From Octopus sinensis (lineage: Eukaryota), in the NCBI RefSeq assembly GCF_006345805.1, contig NC_043004.1:93310001-93374000 (forward strand): a stretch of 64,000 nt of DNA. Direction: 5' to 3'. The notes beneath the pieces are model-generated. The model was not told the origin of the DNA. It saw only the letters and a program-made list of their open reading frames with translations, and searched no databases. Positions 40,526 through 50,500 of the stretch are shown here, piece after piece. Made by a program: the position numbers and the translations under genes. Numbering within the stretch: the first letter of the stretch is position 1; each line of letters begins with the position of its first letter.

Positions 40526-40934
40526 GGATCTTTTCGGTTTGAACGGCAGTTTTTAACATAATTTCTAGGTAACTAAAAAATTTTAAACTTCGAACACTGG
40601 TAGAATGTGTTTATAAAACATCTTTTTCTCTTGACTTCATTGAGAAAATTCTATAGTTTATTTGTTGTTTTTTTCTTCAATTTCTGCAATTTCAATCAAT
40701 CACTGATGTCTATTGAGGTAAAAAAACATTCTGTGCCGTATGAATATGTCCCTCGTTTAAGAAACAGATTGGGTTTATTTACATTTGTTGAAGAAAAAAA
40801 GATACCCTTCCCGCCACCTAACCCTAACCCTAAAACAGATTGAAATGCAATAGATCGATACTAGGGTCATAATTATGGGTGACAATTTCATATGACATCG
40901 CTAGAAAAAACTGCCGTTCAAACCGAAAAGATCC
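40526..40934. mobile_element. hAT-type MITE, same family
   Basis: Same TIR; 8-bp TSD AAAACTTC on both sides. Confidence 0.9.
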
Positions 40935-40992
40935 AAAACTTCTTTGTTTTATCTGTTTAAAAATTTTAATTAAAAAAAAAAAGAAAACTAAT

Positions 40993-41226
40993 AGGTGCAG
41001 GAGTGGCTATGTGGTAAGTAGCTTGCTTACCAGCCACATAGTTCGGAGTTCAAGTCCCACTGTATGGCAGCTTGGGCGAGTTTCTTCTACTATAGCCTTG
41101 GGCCGATTAAGGCCTTGTGAGTGGATTTGGTAGACATAAACTGTGTGTGTATATGTTTGTGTGTCTGTGTTTGTCTCCCCCAACATCACTTGACAACCGA
41201 TGCTGGTGTGTGTACGTCCTCGTAAC
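40993..41226 (+). mobile_element. SINE family A 5' half; the 3' half is at 45772-45915
   Basis: ...CGTCCTCGTAAC and GTAACTTAGCGGTTC... join into the family consensus across the LTR element. Confidence 0.88.
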
Positions 41227-41939
41227 TGTCGTGCGTGGAAAATGAAAAGTGGTTCACCTACCTTCCTCTCTCGTCTGCGCCTGTCTAGTAGTAGTCACTC
41301 CGGCGATCCTGCCCTACCCCGTCACCCAGTATAAGCAGCTGCTTATACTTTGCTATGCCTTGGCTGGCCAAAAAAGGACGACCCTGTCCTGTCCCCCCCC
41401 CCTGCACTTCCCTTCTCACGCTTCCTTTTTCGGTCAGTCCCTTGACATTGACATCATCATCATTGTTCGACCGTGGACGAGACAATGGAATTTACCATGC
41501 TACGCCAGACTTCATGGTCCATTATGGCATTACGGAGGTCCTGTTGCTGGATGCCTGTATCCCTGGAGATTACATCAGAGTAGGAGAGTGTGCGCCTTCT
41601 GGTATTGCGAGTAGATGGCTTCCAGAGGAGAAGAGTAGAAATTACTTCTTTTTCAGCTCTACAACAATGTCCATCAAACTGGACTCTCCTACCTTTCATA
41701 AGAGATGACACAGGTGGTAGTTTCCCATATATTTGCATTTTGGTTGGATGGCGCTTCCACGAGAGATTTTGAGTTCTCATAAGGAGGTGAGTGTAGGTTT
41801 CATCCAACTGCCTCTCAAGCTTCTTTGATAACGTCCAGGTTTCTAAGCCATATAGTAGAATTGGTTCGACTGTGGCTTTGAAGATTTCAAGTTTGAAGTC
41901 TCTACTTAGATCATGGCCCTCTTCCAGCTCATTCCCACA
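41227..41939 (-). repeat. 3' LTR of the gypsy element, interrupted by a LINE fragment at 41457-41909
   Basis: Aligns to 45482-45771 once the LINE is removed. Confidence 0.85.
41457..41909 (-). mobile_element. 5'-truncated RTE-like LINE 3' end with a (TGA)n tail
   Basis: IFKATVEPILLYGLETWTL...TLSYSDVISRDTG; ATCA duplicated at 41453-41456 and 41910-41913. Confidence 0.88.
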
Positions 41940-41972
41940 CACACCCCTGATCTCAAAGATCACCTCCTCACT

Positions 41973-44667
41973 TCACTCCATGTTGTAATCTGCAACCCAT
42001 TTGGGTGGGCGCCTTGCACTTTGTGATCTTTTTAAACTGGGAACCACATTCTCATCCTCTTCTCTACAATCATCCTCCGACGAAGCGACAATCCTATGAA
42101 CATCCAAGATATGACATGGCATTCCATCCAGAAAGATGTTGTTTTTAGAATTCACTATTCTTCTGTTCCACTGAGTTGTCCAGCGTGCCTTTGGTGGCTT
42201 GACCCAAACTTCATCTCCCACCTCCTAGAAGTCGGGCTCTCTCTCTTCTACAGAGTATCTCGATGGTTTACTCAGATGCTGCCATTCATATTTGAATATC
42301 GCTTTATGTGGCGCGGCCTCTTTGGCCTGTCCTGGTTGGGGGCAACATGTTGTACCAGCACTCTGCTGGTACACTCTGTCCCCGCTCTGCCATGGCCTCT
42401 CCATGATCCTATTTCCACTCGGCCTGCATGCTGCTCTGAAAAAGTGGTGCACTTTCCACCTGTCAAGCATCTTCTTCGGCGCCTCCGAACGAAATGCTCT
42501 GCTGCTGTTCAGCAATTCGGCCACAGAGCCCTGCTCTGAGAATACTTCATTTAGAATACGTACCATCTCGTTTGCAGTGCCTCTCCTCAATTCCCTCCAA
42601 ATGGCCATCTGGCCCAGCCCACAATCGACCATCGAGAGATATGTCCCCTGCTGGTAGTGTGTTACATCTACTTCTAATCGTCTCCAGTTGTGCTCTACTG
42701 AAACGTTTCCCTGCCCATGTGCACCTGGAGCAGGGTTGATGGATTGACACCTGTCGCAGTTCTTGACCACCTTCTGGATACTCCATCTGGTAACGTCAGT
42801 GTCAATCTCCACGCCCATATGATGCATGGCATGCAGTCTCCTTACCTCGGAGTCATTTAACTGACACACTGTGGCTACCCCTTGCTTCGATTCCCCTAAC
42901 CAGGCCTTTTTTACTCTGGTTAGAGCATCTGCCTTGTTTCTCTCTGAAGGCACAAAGACCACATTCAGCTTCAGGCTGAACTTACCAATCAACTCCCCTA
43001 GAATCCCTAAGTGGTGCTTCACTAGCAATTCCACAGCCCCTTTGGTTCGCACACTCTTCTTGTCAGTGATCACCAATCCTACCCAGCCAAGCACAGTAGC
43101 TGATTCCGTCCTGATTTTGATGGAGCACAGCCCCCATTTCAGGGTCAATGTCCAACTCAACGACATTGGTGTGGTTGTAGTCATCTGCTTTTCGAAGCCA
43201 GGTGGTATCCCTCACTTCTGTACCTCTGATTTCCAACATGACTCCTATCGCAATGCTGCTAACATCACACCAAATGGTCCCGCTATCCGATCTGGGCACA
43301 TGCCAGTTCCCTCTGACTGGGTCTTCTGCTCTCGTCCTCTCCAGGATTTCCTGCATCATGACCACTGTCCCTTCTTTCACCTTGTCTCTCCAGTTCTCCC
43401 CTTCTGCCCATCTCTTGGTGTAACTGCATGCCATACGCAGCCACCCTATGATTGGGTAGTGACCTACTAACTTCCCGCACATTGAGAACAGTTCTCTCCT
43501 GCTGACATTGGTACCCAGCTCTGGAATCTCATTCCCCCTATGAAACACCAACTCACCTGTTCTGTCTCTCTGAAGCTTAAGCACCAGTGCAGCTTTTCCA
43601 GCCATTGGCTCTGGTGGCTTTGCAATCAACCCAAATTTCTTCAAATGTCTCACAACCTCTGTGGCAGGCACTACGATTTCGTCCACTAGGATGTCGTCTA
43701 TGTAGGAACTGGTGGCCCTTCTTATCCTATCCACCTTTCCCAGGATGGATTTGAGCACTGTCACCATGATTTTCAGTGCAGAATTCAGCCCAGAACCCAG
43801 CCTTGTCAGACAATTTGTCTGGCCTTTGTATCGTACCAATTGGTTCTGCCACAGTTTGTCGCTCGCACGGATCTGCAAATATGCCGGCATCAAGTCGATA
43901 AACATTGCCGCCTTAGTTGACTGTCTCTATATGCGCAGTATCTTATTGCAGACGTTAGTCGCCTTGCCACCTGTGTGGTACGATACATGGGCGTTCATCT
44001 CCCGAAAGTTCAGTACTGGTCTAACTTTTCCCTGTGTTGGCTGAACCACTGCCATTAGAGGTAGCACTCTGCTCACCATCTCCTCTTTCCACAGGATAAG
44101 GATACCTTCCTCAATCCACTTCTCTACCTCTTCTTCAAACTCACCCTTGGCGTACCCTTTCAGGGTATGCTGGTAGCAGCTCACCTTTTTCTTCAGCGTC
44201 ATGTGTCCCTCTTTCCAGTTCCACTCTATTGTTCATCGCTGACCATTGAACACCACCCAAAAATCCCTGCCTTCAATGGCGTAGGCAGTGCAGCTCCTCA
44301 CGGGGCTCTGCTCTCACTCACATTACTGACTCACAGTGCACGATGCCTCCATGGCACCAAACGAAACCACATCTCCTCCAACACTGACACCTCCAAGGTG
44401 GTCAATTGCGTCCATCCCTGTTACCATATTGATCACGTCTACCATGTGGTCGATCATGATCGCCCAAAGCCTTAGCGTTATGCCTTGCACTGCTATATCC
44501 ACATCACTGCTATCCTTGCATTCAATTTTGCTGCCGTCAACTGCATGAATGCTACTCATCTCCTTCCATTTCTTTATCGCCCTCGGGGTCAAGAGAGCCA
44601 TTGTGGAGCCTCTGTTCATGAGGGCCTTGAATGTGTTTCCCCTGACCATGGGCAGTGACTTCACCAA
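41973..44667 (-). pseudogene. pol remnant (protease, RT, RNase H, integrase) broken by frameshifts
   Basis: KALMNRGST (protease-like); KVRPVLNF, IDLMPAYLQ and SSYIDDILV (RT); WCDVSSIAIG and VVELD (RNase H); HAMHHMG...CDRCQ and LEVDVTHY (integrase). Confidence 0.88.
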
Positions 44668-44680
44668 TGCCTTTACTTGT

Positions 44681-45436
44681 TCACAGGGGAAGTTTCAGAA
44701 GCAACAACCTCCCATGGCCTTTTCCCTGGCTACAATTTTGGGCGATATGCTCTGTCTGTTTGCACCAGTAGCAAACTGGTCTGGGCTCTGTGCAGTTCCT
44801 TGCCATGTGCAGTCTTTGGCACTTAAAGCACCATCCTGTGAATGGCCACTGTCGTTCCACAGCAGGCCTCTTTGTGTCCTTCATTGGCTGTCGTGCAGAT
44901 TCGCAGGTTTCTGCAGCTGCCATCACCATTGCCTTCTACTCGGTGTTTTATATCAACACATGAACTTGAACGATGAGCTCGCTCATCACCATTTTGTTGC
45001 CGCCTGGCAACAGTTGTAGTTGCACTGACATGTCATTGGGAAAGCCGTTCGCAAAAGCCAATTGTGCTATTTTCTCAAGTCCCTTACCGGTAAGACCAGA
45101 CAACACAACCAGCCTCTGTACATCTTCAGCGTAGTCGTCGACCTGTTTCCCTCTCCATCTGATTGTTCCCAGCTTAGCAAAAGCAATGTACTCTCCATCT
45201 GTGTAAGCCTCTCTCAAACGCTGCTTGATCTTCGCCGTGCTCAGCTGTTCTTCATCCATTTGGAGGCACAGTGCCAGCGCACTCCCCTCCAAGTACAGGG
45301 CCATGTGGCTTGCTACATCTTTGATGCTTTGTATCCTGACCGCAACTTTGACCTTTCGAATCCAGGCTACTACGTCACCTTCGCCATAGAAAGGTCTGAT
45401 GACATCACTACCAATCCTTATCTTTGCTCCCATCAT
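44681..45436 (-). pseudogene. gag remnant (capsid-like region plus two CCHC zinc knuckles)
   Basis: PFYGEGDVVAWIRKVK at the start, then CFKCQRLHMARNC and CYWCKQTEHIAQNC; frameshifted. Confidence 0.85.
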
Positions 45437-45481
45437 GTATCAAAGGGTCAACGACATCTGTATACAATTGCCAAAATCGCT

Positions 45482-45771
45482 TGTTATGCATGAGAAATGG
45501 AAAGAAGTTCACCTATCTTCCTCTCTTGTCTGCGCCTGTCTTCTAGTAGTCACTCCGGTGATCCTTCCCTACCCCGTCTCCCAGTATAAGCAGCTGCTAT
45601 CTCACCAACCCGAGAGCGAATTCCCTCATATCCATTTGCAGTGCCTCAGCTGGTCAAAAAAGGACGACCCTGTCTTGTCCCCCACCCCAAACTTCCCTTC
45701 TCTTGCTTCCTCTTCCGGTCAGTCCCTTGACCATTGACATCAAGGCCCTCATCTTCCGGCTCATCCCCACA
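45482..45771 (-). repeat. 5' LTR of the gypsy element
   Basis: About 290 bp, homologous to 41227-41456 plus 41910-41939. Confidence 0.88.
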
Positions 45772-46473
45772 GTAACTTAGCGGTTCACCAAAAGAGACCG
45801 ATAGAATAAGCACTAGGCTTACAAAAAATAAGTCCTGGGGTAGATTTGTTCGACTAAAGGTGGTGCTCCAGCGTGGCCGCAGTCAAATGACTGAAACAAG
45901 TAAAAGAGTAAAAGAAAAATTCAGAAGTATATTCTCTCTTTACTCTTTTACTCTTTTACTTTTTTCAGTCATTTGACTGCGGCCATGCTGGAGCACCGCC
46001 TTTTAATTGAGCAACTCGACCCCGGGACTTATTCTTTTGTAAGCCCAGTACTTATTCTATCGGTCTCTTTTGCCAAACCGCTAAGTGACGGGGACATAAA
46101 CACACCAGCATCGGTTGTCAAGTGATGCTAGAGGGACAAAAACACACACAAACATACACACATACATATATATATATATATACATATATACGACAGGCTT
46201 CTTTCAGTTTCCGTCTACCAAATCCACTCACAAGGCTTTGGTCGGCCCGAGGCTATAGCAGAAAACACTCGCCCAAGATGCAATGCAGTGGGACTGAACC
46301 CGGAACCATGTGGTTGGTAGACAAGCTACTTACCACACAGCCACTCCTGCACCTATTAATCAAAATTTTCTAGAAAGATTAAAATTATATAATTGTAATT
46401 ATACTTGGAAATAATAATCATACTAGACATCATTAACGATTATTAATATTAATCTTTGTCTTTTTTTTAACAG

Positions 46474-46657
46474 GAATCGTGGAAGTCACCCATTAAATGA
46501 TGGTATTCATAAACTACGTCAGGATCTTGGTTTGACTTTAGAAGCTGATTTGAGAATAGTCCTGGCAGCTGCTGATAAACTTAAGCCAGGAATATACTCT
46601 CTTGTCATATCAGATGGACGTCGTCAACCTGATCATTTTGGACCATTCTTTGATTAA
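46474..46657 (+). CDS. C9orf72: C9orf72 last coding exon (...LRQDLGLTLEADLRIVLAAADKLKPGIYSLV...FFD*)
   Basis: TAACAG acceptor; TAA at 46655-46657; matches human LKIDLDLTAEGDLNIIMALAEKIKPGLHS. Confidence 0.93.
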
Positions 46658-46704
46658 AATTTGCATGTTATTTATTTACTTTAACACACACACACATGCA
46701 AAGC

Positions 46705-46710
46705 AATAAA
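46705..46710 (+). promoter_or_regulatory. Candidate proximal poly(A) signal of C9orf72
   Basis: AATAAA 48 nt after the stop codon. Confidence 0.45.
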
Positions 46711-46745
46711 TATGTATATGCAAATGTATATAATACAATCTCCAA

Positions 46746-46782
<37 letters not shown>

Positions 46783-46930
46783 TAAAAGCAATTAAGATTC
46801 AAGTGAGTTCTGTTGAATTCACATGAATGCGGTACTTAACTTAGATGCACCAGAAATCTATATGGTGTTAACCATAAGATAATGCGGGGTGATTATAAAT
46901 AAGAAAAAAAGCAACAAGAATGAATCAATA

Positions 46931-47019
46931 TTTCGGTACAATTGTTTCGTACGAAGACAGCTTTATTAAGGCTACAAATATTGCAGTAAATATAAGTGAC
47001 CCGTACTCATCAGCCGAAA
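46931..47019 (-). ncRNA. Type I hammerhead ribozyme, identical reverse-complement copy
   Basis: Exact reverse complement of 47080-47168; predicted cleavage between 46937 and 46936. Confidence 0.85.
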
Positions 47020-47079
47020 AAACATCTGAGTTCTCCAGATATTACTGCTATACTTGATGTTTGGAGAACTCAGATGTTT

Positions 47080-47168
47080 TTTCGGCTGATGAGTACGGGT
47101 CACTTATATTTACTGCAATATTTGTAGCCTTAATAAAGCTGTCTTCGTACGAAACAATTGTACCGAAA
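47080..47168 (+). ncRNA. Type I hammerhead ribozyme with palindromic minimal stem III (Penelope-associated type)
   Basis: UUUCGG-CUGAUGA-GUACG(48 nt)CGUAC-GAAA-CAAUUG-UA^CCGAAA. All core nucleotides are present, stem I is 6 bp and stem II is 5 bp. Predicted cleavage is after GUA at 47162. Confidence 0.85.
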
Positions 47169-47487
47169 TATTGATCCATTCTTGTTGCTTTTTTCTTATA
47201 TATATATATATATATATACATGCAACAACCAATATATATATGTATATATATGTATATATTCGCAGGGTTAACTGGGGTTACTCATGCAGAAACCTATATA
47301 TGGCTTAGCCATGTTCATTTGAAGTCTTCCGATTTTTTTGGCTCCATCTCATCTCTGAAGATACACAAATCAATATATATGCACATGTATACATGCATAC
47401 AAAATAGTATAAGTATATTGCTTTGTGTGTGTGTGTGTGTGTTAGAGAGAGGGAGAGAGTGTTAGTGTATATATGTATACTTACCAA

Positions 47488-47538
<51 letters not shown>

Positions 47539-47599
47539 ATGCTGTATACATGTTTACATATCATTTGAAGGCTTTCCTATTGAAAGTGGCATCTTGTCT

Positions 47600-50500
47600 C
47601 TGAATTTTTTTTATTTGGCCCTTTACTTACTTGTTAGCATAAATCCAGAACAAGGAGCGTAAACAGAATGATAGCATGAGCACCCAACTCTTGTATACAC
47701 AACATAAAGATGTTTATGAGGGAAGCAATGATATCCCTATTGACCCTGTAAATTATTTATGGACATAGCAAAGCTGATATGTGCATATATATATATATAT
47801 ACAAACATATATATATATATATATATATGTATATGTATGTATGTATGTATGTATGTATTATACTGGAAACTGTAAACTTTTGTATATGCAAAGTATTTTT
47901 GAGTCAAATGATATCCTGAGTATACTGGATATAATAGTGTCTTTTCAATGCAACAACGAGTCAGAATATCATCCTGAATAATAGAAGACAGTTTTAGCCG
48001 CTAGTCAAGTGTCATTATACAGCCAAGGCTGATTAACCCTTTAGTATTCAGATTATTCTACCAAATGTGATGCTTGTTTATTCACATTGCATTGAATTAA
48101 TCATCTCTCATAGCTGTGAGATTTCTGCGATGTGACTCTTTACTTTGGGAATAATATTGTAGGATAGGGTAAGAGGCTGGATCTGACTGGTTCTGAACAA
48201 AAAAGAGGTAAAATATTTAGGCCGGATATGGCCGGTTTGAATGCTAAAGGGTTAAGGTTTTAAATATTATGATGGTAACTTCTCCATATAACAGAAGTTG
48301 GTGTGGTGAAAGCCCAAGAAGTTCCAAAGAAATTTAAGAATTCAACAGAACTGTTGATAACCTTTGTTTGATAGAGACCTGAATCTATGTGTATCTCCTG
48401 AAATGGGATCTAATAGCTCGTTATCTTTCCTGTTGTTTGTGATATTTTGGGCGTTAAGGCATTATACAGTTAATCCTTTTGTTACTATATTTATTTTGAG
48501 ATGCTCTGTGTTTCTTTCAATTATTTTAAATATAACAAAGAATTTAGTAAAATAACTTAGTTATCATTAAGCTAGTGTTAGGAACATAAATTGTGACTAA
48601 GATTTGGTGGAAGATTTTAATTCAAAACTTATGAAAACAAGACATTTGTACTACAGAGCCAGAGCTGGTTTCAGCTGGGTTGGTAACGAAAGGGTTAAGG
48701 CTGGTTAAGGTTTTGACTAGCATGATCATAACTCCTACATTTAACATAAGTACTTGTAGTTTTGTTGGTGATCCTGGAAATTTGAGATTACTCTTGGTTT
48801 AAGCATTCCAACTGATGAAAATGTTTTTGAGCAAATTCTTCAGAATGAAAAGGGTGATCAATTATGATGCTCATTGTTGTCATTTGTCTCCAAAAATCGA
48901 TGAATTCAGGCTTGTCTGCTTTAGTACCTCTTGGAATTATGAGTGAATTCTGGTGAAGGTAGCCTGGTGGCATAGTAGAACTCCGCCAATTAATGCAAGC
49001 ATTGATTTAGAGCTTCCAAAGCTTTCTTGCTGCTTATCTTACACTTATCCCAAACAACAAAATGACAACGCTTTAGTACTTACCCTGTTCCAGATATTTT
49101 TTTCTACTAATATTACAAACTGCTGTATGATTGTCGACTTAATTCACGGGCAATTTGAAAGAAGAATAGGCTGTTTTTCTCTTCACAAGTCGTATAGCAG
49201 TAATATCTGAAAGAAGCAACAATCAAAGCTATTTGTTGTTTCTGTCATACTTGGGGCTGTCTTAACTTCATTATAGCCCCCACCACAGTGGGGGTGGAGG
49301 CAAGTTAGTGCATTGGGTCCTCTGAAGATACACAAATCAATATATATGCACATGTATACATGCATACAAAATAGTATAAGTATATTGCTTTGTGTGTGTG
49401 TGTGTGAGAGGGAGAGAGTGTTAGTGTATATATGTATACTTACCAAGCTATATATATATATATATATATATCCATGCTGTATACATGTTTACTGACAGCA
49501 AGCCACAAATTACATGGATCAGAATTGGGGGTTTTAGACCCGTGGAGCAACTGGGTAACTGCCCAGTGTGTCTATGCCTTGAAATGGCACTGGTTGTAAT
49601 TTGGAAAGCAACAGCTTGATGAGAAATGTTTTGTCAGTTCCTGCAGGAGCATTAGGAGAAAAATCCTGTTTGAAAAACAAAGGAAATCCCCTCTTGAATG
49701 TAAGCATTGCAGAATGATTTTTAAACTGGTATCAATTTTGGTCCATTCTCACTAACATCCTGACAGGCATACCCTTCATAGAAAAAAAAAAATTTATAGG
49801 TATTAATACTGCATTGTAGATTTCATCACTTTATTCTGTTTTCCTGTAAGGACATTACAACTGTATCTGATATCTGTACAAAATTGATTCTGTACTTTAG
49901 CCATATTGATTTACTCTAGATCTTTTAGAGTAGAGTTGCAAACAGTGTTCACATACTTCCTTGTGCAAAACCCAGAAACCATCAACATTTCAACCAAAGA
50001 TTGACCATCAGCCTATAGCAATTCTAAATGTAAAATATGCTTTTTTCATAAGAAGTGCAAATATTACCATCAATGGTTCGAAGATAGAGAAGCAATATGG
50101 AACTACAGATTTCATACAGAAGCAGTAAAAGCTTTTACTTAAAACTGCTTCTGTGTGAAATCTGTAGTTCCATATTGCTTCTCTGTCTTCAAGGCTAAGG
50201 ATTGGTGAGCAGTAGTTTCTATACAGCCACTGGACGGTATCAATCATGAATAGGGAATCTAAGTATTTTCCAAAATGCCTCACTGCTGTTCATACTCGAC
50301 TACAACTGAAGTTTTGTATCTTAAACCTGAAATATTTTGTTTCAGAATAGTGAACATCGCAGCTCATGATCGTAAAGTAATGAGTTTGATTCCTGGCAGC
50401 ATGTCGTTTCCTTAGCAAACACTTTATTTCATGTTGCTCCTGTCTGCTCAGTTGGCAAAAATGAGTTGTACCTGATAGACTTTATGGCAGTTACAATATT

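Larger units (their letters stand above)
41227..45771 (-). mobile_element. Decayed Ty3/gypsy LTR retrotransposon with a 5-bp TSD GTAAC
   Basis: TG...CA ends; GTAAC at 41222-41226 and 45772-45776; two homologous LTRs; gag-PR-RT-RNaseH-IN order on the minus strand; it splits a SINE that resumes exactly after the TSD. Confidence 0.93.
46899..47199. repeat. Near-perfect inverted repeat (arms 46899-47037 and 47062-47199, 24-nt spacer)
   Basis: The arms differ by one substitution and one base of an A-run. Confidence 0.97.

Noticed and set aside
40815-40835. CCTAACCCTAACCCTAA as an interstitial telomere
   Set aside because: Only 2-3 units, and internal to the hAT MITE family (a degenerate version is present in the sister copies).
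47631-47745. Apparent minus-strand exon (TTTACAG...GTAAGT)
   Set aside because: It reads through both splice-like sites as Helitron helicase motifs (FAMSINNLQGQ, HLYVVYTRVG), so it is a TE remnant rather than a host exon.
48788-50283. Protein-like minus-strand ORFs (48788-48973 and 50008-50283) as a host gene
   Set aside because: They lie within the collinear decayed Helitron RepHel with intervening stops and frameshifts.
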